A stretch of 64,000 nt of DNA from Arenicellales bacterium (GTDB lineage Bacteria; Pseudomonadota; Gammaproteobacteria; Arenicellales; CBDCFT01), in contig CBDCFT010000070.1 in NCBI GenBank assembly GCA_965216365.1, positions 92,779 to 156,778 on the forward strand, in the 5' to 3' direction. The notes under the pieces are model-generated. The model was not told the origin of the DNA. It worked only from the letters and a program-made list of their open reading frames with translations, and did not search any database. The position numbers were made by a program, and so were the translations under genes. Positions within the stretch are counted from its first letter, which is position 1; each line of letters begins with the position of its first letter. Below, piece after piece: positions 49,016 to 59,190 of this stretch.

Positions 49016-49239
49016 AATAGATCTATCACATAACCCGAAAAATATTTTGCGTAGTTGTTGATATGCAAAAGAACGTCTTCAGTGCGATGGTGCGGTAGCC
49101 TGACAACGATGCTTTTACATGGTAAAACACTGCGAATCGAGAGCGGATTTACGATGCTATACCTCAATTCATACTTGACACTGGTTCATCTATCCGCGAT
49201 GTTCGCGGCCAAATCATCATTTCGGAGAATTAAACAATA

Positions 49240-50076
49240 GTGTGTCCTGCAAAAGTTACCGGCCCGGGGCAACGCGGCTGGATCATTCCTATTGGTGGTG
49301 GCGAGAAAAAAGTTCGCTCATCCACTATTTTGAACAGGTTTGTGCAACTATGCGGTGCCGGTGAGGCGCGTATTGCAGTAATTCCAACCGCCTCTCAATT
49401 AGACGATACCGGTGAACGTTATGACACGGTTTTTCGCGAATTAGGTGCCGGGCACGTCGATATCATCGATTTGGAAACGCGCGCGGATTGTGAGGACGCC
49501 AGGCGACTGGAGCTTTTAGAGCGGGCAAGCGGAATCTTTTTCACCGGCGGCAACCAGTTGCGACTGGCGACAATAACCGGAGGAACTCGCGCTTCGAGAG
49601 TTATCCGGCACGGTAATGCGAGAGGCATTCACGTCGCGGGCACATCGGCCGGAGCCGCGTTTGTATGCGAACACATGATTGCATTTGGGAAAGGAGGCCC
49701 GACACCTAAAGGCGGCATGGCGACGTTGTCGCCCGGACTCGGGCTGACCAATCGCGTTATCATTGACCAACACTTTCGCGAACGTGACCGACATGGCCGG
49801 CTGCTGACTGCGCTAGCTTACAATCCTTTTGCAACCGGAATCGGTGTTGATGAAAACACCGCTGCCTTTATTAGCCCCGACGATATTATTGAGGTGCTGG
49901 GGTCCGGCGCACTCACTGTTATCGATGTATCAGATCTGGAATATTCTTCAATGGCGGCAACTAAACAGGGAAAACCGGTCAGCTTGATTGGCGTGAAACT
50001 GCATATTCTGATCGAAGGTGGCCGCTACGACCTGACAACCCATATTGCACAATCCGGTACCGGTCAAACTGGATAG
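49240..50076 (+). CDS. cphB: Cyanophycinase (intracellular)
   Basis: IGGGE, IPTAS, FTGGNQLRL, AGTSAGA, IDQHF, GVDENT; upstream of cphA. Confidence 0.93.
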   Translation: MCPAKVTGPGQRGWIIPIGGGEKKVRSSTILNRFVQLCGAGEARIAVIPTASQLDDTGERYDTVFRELGAGHVDIIDLETRADCEDARRLELLERASGIFFTGGNQLRLATITGGTRASRVIRHGNARGIHVAGTSAGAAFVCEHMIAFGKGGPTPKGGMATLSPGLGLTNRVIIDQHFRERDRHGRLLTALAYNPFATGIGVDENTAAFISPDDIIEVLGSGALTVIDVSDLEYSSMAATKQGKPVSLIGVKLHILIEGGRYDLTTHIAQSGTGQTG

Positions 50077-50115
50077 ACAGGGACCGGGCCACACGGCAAA
50101 TTAAAGAGGGGAATT

Positions 50116-52983
50116 ATGAAAATCCTAGAGACATCCGTATTCCGCGGGCCAAACATCTACGCCCTGTTTCCAGTCATCCGGCACCGGATAGACATCGGCA
50201 TTCTAGAGGAATGGCCGACCGGTCGGCTCGGTGCCGAATTTATCGATCCGTTACTCGAAGCGTTACCGGGCTTGCACGAACACGGGTGTTCCTACGGAGA
50301 ACCGGGTGGGTTCGTGCGCCGTCTGCGTGAAGATGAGGGCACCTGGATAGGTCACGTCTGGGAGCATGTTGCCCTCGAATTACAAAATGTGGCTGGGGCC
50401 AATGTCACTTTTGGCAAAACCCGTGGTGCCGGTGAAACCGGCATTTACAATATGATTTACGAATATGAGCAGGAGCAAGTGGGGTTACAAGCGGGTGAGC
50501 TCGCGATCAATCTTCTGCGACACCTTTTACCGGATGATTTGGTTGAAGCCGAACAGCGAATTGAAGACTTCAACTTCGACGAGGAACGCGACAGTTTTAT
50601 CCGTGCCGCGCAACGTCGTGCGCTGGGTCCCAGCACAGCTTCGCTTGTCAGAGCTGCGCGTGAACGCGACATCCCCTGGCTGCGCCTTAACGAATACAGC
50701 TTGATCCAACTAGGTCACGGGCGCTACCAGAAGCGTATCCAGGCGACCATTACCAGTGAAACACACTACATAGCGGTTGAACTCGCGTCGGACAAGGAAG
50801 CGACCAATAAAATCCTCGCCGACCTTGGCCTGCCCGTGCCACAACAACGCATGGTCTACGATCAAAAAAACGCGGTTCGAACAGCGGAACGCATCGGCTA
50901 TCCCGTCGTCATCAAGCCACTCAACGCGAACCATGGTCGCGGCATATCCGTTGGTGTAGAAGACCCGGATTCGGTCATAGCCGCCTTCGATTTCGCTCAG
51001 CAAAGCAACCGCAGTGGTCACGGAGTGATTATTGAATCGCTTATTCAAGGACTCGATCACCGTATGCTGGTAGTGAACGGCACACTGGTTGCGGTATCCA
51101 AACGGGTGCCGGGCCACGTGGTCGGCGACGGTAAACAAACGGTGGAACAACTCGTTGATGAGGTCAACTCCGATCCGCGTCGTGGCGTCGGACATGAAAA
51201 AGTGCTAACCCGTATCGAGCTGGATGCCAAGGCAATTCAACATCTGGAGGAACTGGGCTACACCAGGGGCACGGTTCCGCCTGCTGGTGAAGTGGTGTTT
51301 CTGCGTTCAACGGCCAACTTGTCGACAGGTGGGACGGCAATCGATGTTACTGATATCGTCCATCCCGACAACCGCGACATGGCGGTGCGCGCGGTCAAAG
51401 CGATCGGACTCGACATTGGCGGTGTCGATTTCCTGTCCGCGGATATTTCGAAATCATACAAAGAAAACGGCGCGGCAATTTGCGAGATAAATGCAGCACC
51501 GGGGTTTCGCATGCACGTCGCACCCAGCGAAGGGAAACCACGCGATGTTGCCAATGCGGTTATGGACATGTTGTTTCCGGTCAATGCGCCGAGTCGAATA
51601 CCGATCATCTCTATTACGGGTACGAATGGTAAAACTACCACCGCGCGGATGGTTGCGCACATCTACAAGTTGAGTGGCAATACGGTCGGATTAGCCACCA
51701 CCGATGGTGTTTATATAGATGGCAACCTGAGTGTTAAGGGCGACCTGACCGGCCCCATGGCGGCGCAAATGATATTGCGCGATCCCACCATTGATGCGGC
51801 AGTGCTTGAAACCGCCCGTGGTGGCTTGTTGCGGCGTGGTTTGGGTTATGAAGGATGCGATACCGGCGCCGTACTCAACATCGCTGCCGATCACCTTGGA
51901 TTGCGTGGCATTGATACGCTGGAAGAAATGGCACGAGTAAAACAGATTGTCGTAGAAGTAGCTAAAGACACCGCCGTACTCAACGCCGATGACGAGCTTT
52001 GCCTGCGCATGGCCGAACGTACCAAGGCGGAGAACCTGTGTTATGTGACGATGAACGCCGGTCATCCGTTAGTGCGTGAACACGTTCGCGCCGGCGGGCG
52101 TGCGGTCGTTTTAGAGCAGGGCATGAATGGGCAGATGATCACCATTTATGACAATAGCGCGCACATTCCATTGATGTGGACTCATCTGATCCCCGCCACG
52201 CTGGACGGTAAGGCGATGCACAACGTTCAGAACGCCTTGTTTGCGACTGCCATCTGTTTCAGCATGGGCAAGAGTCTGGAGGATATCCGTCAAGGTTTGC
52301 GCACCTTTGCCAGTTCCTACTTCCAGGCGCCGGGCAGGATGAATGTGTTTGACGAACACCCGTTTAAGGTCATTCTCGACTACGGGCACAACCCGTCTGC
52401 CATTGAAGCGATGTGCCGGCTGGTCGATCAGTTGGAGCCGGAGGGCAAACGCATTTGCGTGTTTACTTTGCCCGGTGACCGGCGCGACGAAGACATCGTC
52501 GAGGCCGCGCGAATCGTGACTGGTCATTTTGACCACTATATTTGCCGGCGTGACGATAATTTGCGCGGACGTGGCAACGAAGAGGTGCCGCTCATTCTGA
52601 AAACGGCGTTACTTGAGGGTGGCGTGGCGCAGGATGCAATCAGTGTTATTCCGGATGAAACCGAAGCTGTCGACGCCGCGTTACGCTTGGCTGATGCGGG
52701 CGATTTGATATTGATTTTTGGCGATAATATTTCGCGTTGCTGGAAGCAGATCATTTATTTTAATCGGCCGCAGGAAGGAATCGCGGAAACAGATGCTTCT
52801 GAACCAGAATCCGCCGTGGTTCAGATTGTGCAGACCGAAGATGCACCGGACGATCCGCTGGCCGAGGCGACCCCGGTACCCGATGCACCCGAGGTGCCTG
52901 AGTCCGTATTGCTGCAAGGCATGCGAATGGTGCGTGACAGTCGCGGTGTGCGATTGGCGAATGAGCCAGAAGAAGCAGACTGA
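50116..52983 (+). CDS. cphA: Cyanophycin synthetase CphA1
   Basis: N domain HGCS...GHVWEHVALELQ; ATP-grasp KPLNANHGRG, ANLSTGG, EINAAPG; Mur module ITGTNGKTT, ETARGG, DYGHN. Confidence 0.96.
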   Translation: MKILETSVFRGPNIYALFPVIRHRIDIGILEEWPTGRLGAEFIDPLLEALPGLHEHGCSYGEPGGFVRRLREDEGTWIGHVWEHVALELQNVAGANVTFGKTRGAGETGIYNMIYEYEQEQVGLQAGELAINLLRHLLPDDLVEAEQRIEDFNFDEERDSFIRAAQRRALGPSTASLVRAARERDIPWLRLNEYSLIQLGHGRYQKRIQATITSETHYIAVELASDKEATNKILADLGLPVPQQRMVYDQKNAVRTAERIGYPVVIKPLNANHGRGISVGVEDPDSVIAAFDFAQQSNRSGHGVIIESLIQGLDHRMLVVNGTLVAVSKRVPGHVVGDGKQTVEQLVDEVNSDPRRGVGHEKVLTRIELDAKAIQHLEELGYTRGTVPPAGEVVFLRSTANLSTGGTAIDVTDIVHPDNRDMAVRAVKAIGLDIGGVDFLSADISKSYKENGAAICEINAAPGFRMHVAPSEGKPRDVANAVMDMLFPVNAPSRIPIISITGTNGKTTTARMVAHIYKLSGNTVGLATTDGVYIDGNLSVKGDLTGPMAAQMILRDPTIDAAVLETARGGLLRRGLGYEGCDTGAVLNIAADHLGLRGIDTLEEMARVKQIVVEVAKDTAVLNADDELCLRMAERTKAENLCYVTMNAGHPLVREHVRAGGRAVVLEQGMNGQMITIYDNSAHIPLMWTHLIPATLDGKAMHNVQNALFATAICFSMGKSLEDIRQGLRTFASSYFQAPGRMNVFDEHPFKVILDYGHNPSAIEAMCRLVDQLEPEGKRICVFTLPGDRRDEDIVEAARIVTGHFDHYICRRDDNLRGRGNEEVPLILKTALLEGGVAQDAISVIPDETEAVDAALRLADAGDLILIFGDNISRCWKQIIYFNRPQEGIAETDASEPESAVVQIVQTEDAPDDPLAEATPVPDAPEVPESVLLQGMRMVRDSRGVRLANEPEEAD

Positions 52984-52993
52984 CACGTACGGT

Positions 52994-54712
52994 ATGAAAT
53001 TGACAAATGTACGCCGGTTAACCGGTGTCAATTTCTTTTCGAAACTGCCCGGTGCAGCCGCCGATGCTGCAGTGCCGGATGAACATAAAGGTTTTGCGGT
53101 CGCGATCTGGCGCAGATACATGCGGCAATTATTAGACGCCATTGGCTGGACGCATGAGAACATCGTCGCGCGGTCTTATCCCGGAGGGGTAAGTCTGATG
53201 ACGACGGCGCCGATCGATGCGCTGTACGCTGCGACCGACCTGATCGAGCGTGCCTGGGAGTTAACCTGTGACGAATTGCGTGGTCAATCCGATTTCAATA
53301 TTGATACCGTAGCTGAAGAAATCACCGACAAGATCAGTGCCGAAAGCAATTCAAATCTGATGGCGTTGGCGAACGCGGCTAGTACACGCGACATGACGTT
53401 TCTCGGTGACGATGGAAAGATTTCGCTGGGTCTTGGTGCCGGTTGCAAGGTTTGGCCGGATAACGATGCACCGCAGGAGGACGACATCGATTGGAGCGAA
53501 ATTCACGATGTCCCCGTTGCTATGGTCACGGGTACAAACGGCAAATCGACGACTGTGCGTTTAACCGCTGCCATCGGTGCTGCCGCGGGCTTGACCGTCG
53601 GCTTGTCGTCAAGTGACTGGGTGCGTGTTGGTAAGGAGATTATTGATGAAGGCGATTACTCCGGGCCTGCTGGCGCCCGTCTGGCCGTGCGCGACACACG
53701 CGTCAACCTTGCCATTATCGAAACGGCGCGTGGCGGTCTGATGCGACGCGGATTGCCACTACCCCAGACGGATGCTTGCCTCATTACCAATATCGCTGCC
53801 GATCATCTGGGTGATTATGGAATAACGGATGTCGCCGCCTTGGCGGATGCTAAATTTTTATTGACGCATGCTGTAAAGCCTGATGGCCGCATGGTGTTGA
53901 ATGGCGATGATCCTGAACTCGTCAGCCGCAGTGTCCGATTCGGCGGTGACATCACGTGGTACGGCCTGTCGCTGGACGAACAAGCGCTGAACTGTTGGAC
54001 CGATGCCGGTGGCCATGCGGTATTTGTAAAAGATGGCGTAATGACGCTTGCACGGCAGCGCGAACACATACCTGTTTTGCCGGTAGTGGATTTTGCACCT
54101 GCTTTACACGGCGCTGCGAAATTCAATATTTCCAATGCGCTGGGTGCGATTGCGCTGGCTTCGGCACTGGACTTGCCCGTATCGGCGATGACCCGGGCGT
54201 TGTCTGATTTCAAAGGGACGCCGGAGGAGAATCCGGGGCGCGGGAATTTTATGGAAATCGGTGGTGTTAATATTTTGATCGACTTTGCCCATAACCCGCA
54301 TGGTTTAGCCGCGTTGGTTGAGGCAACAAATGGGATATCTGCCAAACGACGACTGTTTCTGCTTAGTCAGGCTGGGGATCGCAGTGATGACGATATCCGT
54401 GAAATGACGCGAATCGTTTGGCGCGTTCAACCGGATATGATCATCGTTAAGGAACTCGAAAGTAAGTTGCGTGGACGAAAGGTCGGTGAAATACCAGCCA
54501 TCTTTTTAGATGAGCTGCGTGTGCTCGGCGTTTCCACAGATAGAATTATGCAGGCCGATGATGAAATGCAATCTGTTTATCAGGCGTTGGAGTGGGCGCA
54601 GCCCGGCGATTTTCTCGTATTGCTGGTTTACGACGATCGGAATCGGGTGCTCGCTTTGTTGCAGGATTTGAAAAACAAAAACTGGCAGGTCGGCGAGCGT
54701 ATAGATCGCTAA
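52994..54712 (+). CDS. CphA-like Mur-ligase protein lacking the ATP-grasp core
   Basis: CphA-like N-terminus (VRRLTGVN); VTGTNGKSTT follows about 180 aa in; ETARGG, ADHLG, DFAHNP, AGDRSD present; no ATP-grasp motifs. Confidence 0.85.
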   Translation: MKLTNVRRLTGVNFFSKLPGAAADAAVPDEHKGFAVAIWRRYMRQLLDAIGWTHENIVARSYPGGVSLMTTAPIDALYAATDLIERAWELTCDELRGQSDFNIDTVAEEITDKISAESNSNLMALANAASTRDMTFLGDDGKISLGLGAGCKVWPDNDAPQEDDIDWSEIHDVPVAMVTGTNGKSTTVRLTAAIGAAAGLTVGLSSSDWVRVGKEIIDEGDYSGPAGARLAVRDTRVNLAIIETARGGLMRRGLPLPQTDACLITNIAADHLGDYGITDVAALADAKFLLTHAVKPDGRMVLNGDDPELVSRSVRFGGDITWYGLSLDEQALNCWTDAGGHAVFVKDGVMTLARQREHIPVLPVVDFAPALHGAAKFNISNALGAIALASALDLPVSAMTRALSDFKGTPEENPGRGNFMEIGGVNILIDFAHNPHGLAALVEATNGISAKRRLFLLSQAGDRSDDDIREMTRIVWRVQPDMIIVKELESKLRGRKVGEIPAIFLDELRVLGVSTDRIMQADDEMQSVYQALEWAQPGDFLVLLVYDDRNRVLALLQDLKNKNWQVGERIDR

Positions 54713-54956
54713 CGATTTTTCTGTCGTCATGCGCAAAACCCGCTCTCGGAAGGGCAACAACAGTTTTTTGTTCTCTGCTTGTCCAAAGCGCATAACTACT
54801 TAGTCGATCAGATACTAAAACCTGACATTCAGTGAATATTTAGTGAACGTGGTACGCAACGCATAGCGGTCATTTCAATCATCAAGCAAATCTGTGTCTG
54901 AAAAACACGAACTGTAAATTACCGCTGACGCCTAACCACAGAACGTTATGTTGGCG

Positions 54957-55886
54957 TCACGTTTTGTACTGGCGAGCATTTAGTTCGTAAGTAGAGAAGA
55001 ACCTTTTGCTGTGATCAACGAATGTGCTTAGTAATCGCGTCGGACGTAACTTTCCTTGGCGAACGATTACGATGTCCATTGATGGAACTATGTCCTTGAT
55101 CTCTCGTTCTATCACATGGTTAGCGTCATAGCTCAGATTATGATGTGGGCGAGTGACAAGTACCGAAAATCCAGCGCCGTTAGCAACAAGTGCCCGAACT
55201 GTTTCGAATGATGGCGAACGCAAACTGATTTGCGGGCTTAGTCCCTTGCTTTCGAATAAGGCGGAGAAGTATTCGCGGCTGCGTGGTAAATCCAATAACA
55301 CCATTGGATATCGAGCAAGTTGCTTTAATCGTAGGGCGCTTTTTTCAACGAGCGGGTGTTCTGCAGGGAGTATCACGTAAGGTCTTAAACTCGCGAGTGG
55401 TTCCAATTCGAGTGCAGGGGGTACATCAAGCTTATACACGATGACAACATCGTATCGGTTGCCCTCTAAGCCCGCAATGAGGGTCTCCGTATTTTCTTCA
55501 TAGAGCTGTATTTCGACATCAGGGTAGTGTTTTAGAAACTGCGTGACTAGCGCCGGGATATACATAGACGCGATTGGCCCGAAACAACCGATGTGCAAAC
55601 GACCTCGCATTTGTTTGCCCAACCCTAGCGCGTTTTGACGGAAGTCTTCGGTATGGGCCAATAAACCATTAACCTCGGCGAATACACGTCCGCCGGCGGA
55701 AGTTAACGACACGCCCTGTGCGTGATGTCGCACAAACAATTGAACGTTTAGGGCATTTTCGAGCTTGGCGATAGCCGCAGAAATCGATGGTTGTGAAATA
55801 TGCAGCTCACGTGCGGCAACGGCAAGGCTGCCGGATTCGGCGACTTTAGCGAAGTATTCAAGTTGTTTGAGTGAAAAATTAAACAA
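54957..55886 (-). CDS. LysR family transcriptional regulator
   Basis: QLEYF...AARELHISQPSIS HTH; effector domain with PMVLLDLPRSREYF. Confidence 0.95.
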   Translation of the reverse strand: MFNFSLKQLEYFAKVAESGSLAVAARELHISQPSISAAIAKLENALNVQLFVRHHAQGVSLTSAGGRVFAEVNGLLAHTEDFRQNALGLGKQMRGRLHIGCFGPIASMYIPALVTQFLKHYPDVEIQLYEENTETLIAGLEGNRYDVVIVYKLDVPPALELEPLASLRPYVILPAEHPLVEKSALRLKQLARYPMVLLDLPRSREYFSALFESKGLSPQISLRSPSFETVRALVANGAGFSVLVTRPHHNLSYDANHVIEREIKDIVPSMDIVIVRQGKLRPTRLLSTFVDHSKRFFSTYELNARQYKT

Positions 55887-55895
55887 GTTAAAAAC

Positions 55896-55928
55896 TATCT
55901 AAATATAAGATAAATAATATTTTATCTT
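55896..55928. promoter_or_regulatory. LysR-type T-N11-A box with an overlapping palindrome
   Basis: TATCT-N7-AGATA (55896-55912) and AAGATAAA-N6-TTTATCTT (55907-55928) in the divergent promoter. Confidence 0.6.
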
Positions 55929-55983
55929 CTATCGGGTCATATGCAAAATTAATACTTAATTCACCTGATACCTGGAGACGAGG

Positions 55984-57435
55984 ATGCTTAAAACCGGCGA
56001 CGAATACCGTGAATCAATACGTGATGGGCGCGAAGTATGGATTGACGACGAACGTGTTGAGGATGTGCCTTCGCACCCGGCATTTAAGCCGATTGTTGAT
56101 ATTCGCGCACGTATCTACGATATGGCGCACGAATCCAGGTATCGTGACACCATGAGTTACCTTGATGGTGACGAACGATTTGCCATCGGTTTGAAGCTAC
56201 CAAAGACACAGGAGGATTGGGCGCTCAAACGCGAATCGGTAGCAACGGTGATGAGAGATATCGGTGGTGTAGTGACCCGTGTTGGCGACGAGACAGCAGG
56301 TGAAATGTGGTCGTTGTATGATGGCAGCGATATGCTGGCGGAGGTTGACCCACGGTTTAGTGAGAATATCGCTAGACATATTGATAAAGTCATTGTCAGC
56401 GATACGTTTCATGTATCGGCTAATACCGATCCCAAGGGTGATCGATCTAAACGGCCACAAGATCAAGATCCGGACATGTTGTTGCACGCGGTTAAAGAAA
56501 CCGACGCTGGAATTGTGGTACGCGGTGCAAAATTCGAAACGGCTGCTGCTTATGCGAATCAGGCGTTTGTAAAACCGACCATTGCCAACTGGGGTGACGC
56601 CAAACTTTCCGACTATGCTGTGGGATTTATATGCCCAATGAATGCTCGAGGATTGAAGCATATCTGTCGCAGTGGGTTTGCTGGAGTAAAAAGACAGGAG
56701 GACTACCCACTCAGTAACGGTTTTGATGAGGTCGATACATTGTTGATTTTCGATAATGTCTTGATTCCCTGGGAAGATGTATTGTTCTACCAACACACGA
56801 AAGCAGCCTCCTTCATTCGAGGAACGCTGCATCGCTATAGCGCCTATGCGTTTGTGTTACGCATCTTACATATTGCAGATCTGATGATTGGAACTGCATT
56901 ATTCAATGTCCGCCAGACCGGCCTGGATAACCAGCCTGCCGTGAGGGAAAAAATCGCACAGCTTGTGTGTTACCGCGAGGGTATTAATGCACATTTAACG
57001 GCAGCGATCGCCACCGCAGAACGAAGCCCACGTGATTTGCTCATGCCAAACCAATCGTTACTCTATACGGGTAGAGTACTCGCCTGTAGTCAATTACCGG
57101 CGATGGTTCATTTGGCACGTGAGCTGTGCGGTGGTCAGGTATGTGTAACACCAAATGCAGCGGCCTTTGAAGGGCAAGGGTCGAGCGAATGGCTGCAGAA
57201 GTACTACAACATTAATGAATTTTGGAACGCTACCGACCGACGGAAATTACTCGCGTTTGGTCGAGATTTACTTAACTCTGACTATGCCGGTCACAAAATA
57301 ACGTTCCAACTCTTCGCACAATCTCCACCGTTCGCTCATCTAAATGCCGTGTATAACAATTTTGACTTTTCAGAGACTTTGGGGTTTGTACGAACTGCCG
57401 CGGGTCTCTCCGACAAAGTTATGCAGCAAAAATAA
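55984..57435 (+). CDS. 4-hydroxyphenylacetate 3-hydroxylase family flavin monooxygenase (oxygenase component)
   Basis: TGDEYRESIRDGREVW, DPKGDRS, GIVVRGAK, FDE.D...IFDNVLIPWE. Confidence 0.88.
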   Translation: MLKTGDEYRESIRDGREVWIDDERVEDVPSHPAFKPIVDIRARIYDMAHESRYRDTMSYLDGDERFAIGLKLPKTQEDWALKRESVATVMRDIGGVVTRVGDETAGEMWSLYDGSDMLAEVDPRFSENIARHIDKVIVSDTFHVSANTDPKGDRSKRPQDQDPDMLLHAVKETDAGIVVRGAKFETAAAYANQAFVKPTIANWGDAKLSDYAVGFICPMNARGLKHICRSGFAGVKRQEDYPLSNGFDEVDTLLIFDNVLIPWEDVLFYQHTKAASFIRGTLHRYSAYAFVLRILHIADLMIGTALFNVRQTGLDNQPAVREKIAQLVCYREGINAHLTAAIATAERSPRDLLMPNQSLLYTGRVLACSQLPAMVHLARELCGGQVCVTPNAAAFEGQGSSEWLQKYYNINEFWNATDRRKLLAFGRDLLNSDYAGHKITFQLFAQSPPFAHLNAVYNNFDFSETLGFVRTAAGLSDKVMQQK

Positions 57436-57467
57436 AGCTGTTTCTAAACTACTAAGGAGACACAAAA

Positions 57468-57889
57468 ATGGTACACACAAGAATTCGAAGGTTTAACACA
57501 GCGGATATGTACCCGGGTAAACAGATGAGTAATGACGTTTGCATGGCTGTTCGTGCTGGCAATCATGTATTCTTGCGTGGTCAAACTGGCTTTGACCTCG
57601 ATGGCAAGTTTCATGGTGTCGGTGATCCTTCGGCAACAGGCAGAAATGGCGATGCAGTGCGTCCGAAACACTTCTTAAGGAAGCGGGTGCGGAACTCGAA
57701 CACATATGTAAAACTACTATATACCTAACAGATCGAGCTTATCGAGAAGAAGTGTATACAGTTATTGGAAAATGGCTAAAGGGAGTGTTTCCTTGTTCGA
57801 CGGGCCTGATCATTGACGGTCTGGCGCTTCCCGAAATGGTCATGGAAATCGATGTTGAAGCGATAATCCCTGACGATGCTTGCAAATAA
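57468..57889 (+). pseudogene. RidA/Rid family protein with two +1 frameshifts (probably errors)
   Basis: HTRIRRFNT, LRGQ, then QAEMAMQCV, then LKEAGAELEHICK...PCSTGL...EIDVEA in successive frames. Confidence 0.8.
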
Positions 57890-57929
57890 ATTTCCCAATA
57901 GTAGGAACTGGAAAAGCCTGTCGGTTCCA

Positions 57930-59079
57930 ATGTCTGATCTGAACACGATACTGGGTAATCTAAAGAAACTCGCTGCTCTGCCACTCGAACAAGCGACAGC
58001 GATGTTCTCCGAGATGTACACCTCAGCGGGATTGCTTGAGTTGGAGAAAGAGCGAATATTTAATGATCAGTGGTTGTGCGCGGGGCGTGTCGATGCAATC
58101 CCCAATCCAGGTGACTACTTAACCTACTTTATTGGGGCGCAACCCATTGTGATCATTCGCCAGGTCGATGGCGAAATTCTCGCCTTTGCTAATGTGTGTC
58201 GTCACCGAATGATGCAATTGTTATTCCGGCAGTGGTACGTGTCCACGCAAACGCATTATTTGTCCCTACCATGCCTGGACCTACTCTATTGACGGCAATC
58301 TTGTAGCTGCTCCGTATATGCAGGACCGCCCCGGCTTTAGTAAGTCTGCCTATCCGCTGCCGCGTGTGCGTTGCGAACAATGGGAAGGGTGGATTTACAT
58401 CACACTTAACCAGGGAAATATGTCGGTAGCAGTACTCTTGTCTGAGTTACAAGGATGTGGTCGCCCGACTATGGTATGACCAACTATGTGCAGATCGTAC
58501 AGGAAGACCATGTTTGGAACACCAATTGGAAGTTGCTAACTGAAAATTTCATGGAGGGTTATCATTTACCAATTGCTCATCGAGAAACTGTGGGTGGTCA
58601 TTTCCCGGTTAAAGACACACGCTTCTCGTCATTACCCCCGAATCCCGCGTTCATTTATCAGTACTTTACCAAGCAGGAAACGGCACCGGTTGGAAATGCA
58701 CATCCAGACAATACTCGACTTGCAGGAGATCAGCGCCGCACGTCTATTTTGCCCACTGTGTTTCCTTCACATATGTATGCATTAGCGCCGCGATCATCTT
58801 TGGTATTTGTCATTGCAGCCTGTGGACTGTGATCATGTGCATATTCGTTACGGAGCTGCGTTGGCACCTGAAGTACTAGCTGCGAGCGATAACCCGGATA
58901 AATTGAAGAATGACGTTATCGAGTTCCTTACAAAGGTTAATGCAGAAGACCGTTACGTAGTCGAAGGGATCGCAAGAGGTCTTAAAGCACCTTTATCGGT
59001 ATCCGGTCCGTTGTGTTGGCTAGAACGCGAAAATCATGAGTTTACTCAGTACCTGGCCCGGCAACTTTGTAACGAGTAG
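57930..59079 (+). pseudogene. Rieske oxygenase alpha subunit split by frameshifts (probably errors)
   Basis: NVCRH / CPYHAW / NWK...ENFMEGYHL..AH / NAEDR spread over frames; shifts near 58225, 58453-58466 and 58791. Confidence 0.8.
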
Positions 59080-59190
59080 CCGCTTAACTCTACTATCCGT
59101 TGTATTCCGGATAATGTAGTTTTCCACGTGGTGAAGTACGCCTCGAGCGATATCCGAAAATCTGGTAACCAATTGAATGATGGAGTCAAT

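Noticed and set aside
52718-52993. 92 aa N-terminal extension of the CphA-like ORF overlapping cphA
   Set aside because: Out-of-frame read of the cphA tail; homology starts at ATG 52994
48945-59113. TATCCG-N8-CGGATA palindrome seen near 48945 and 59094
   Set aside because: Only two short copies in unrelated contexts; cannot be distinguished from chance by eye
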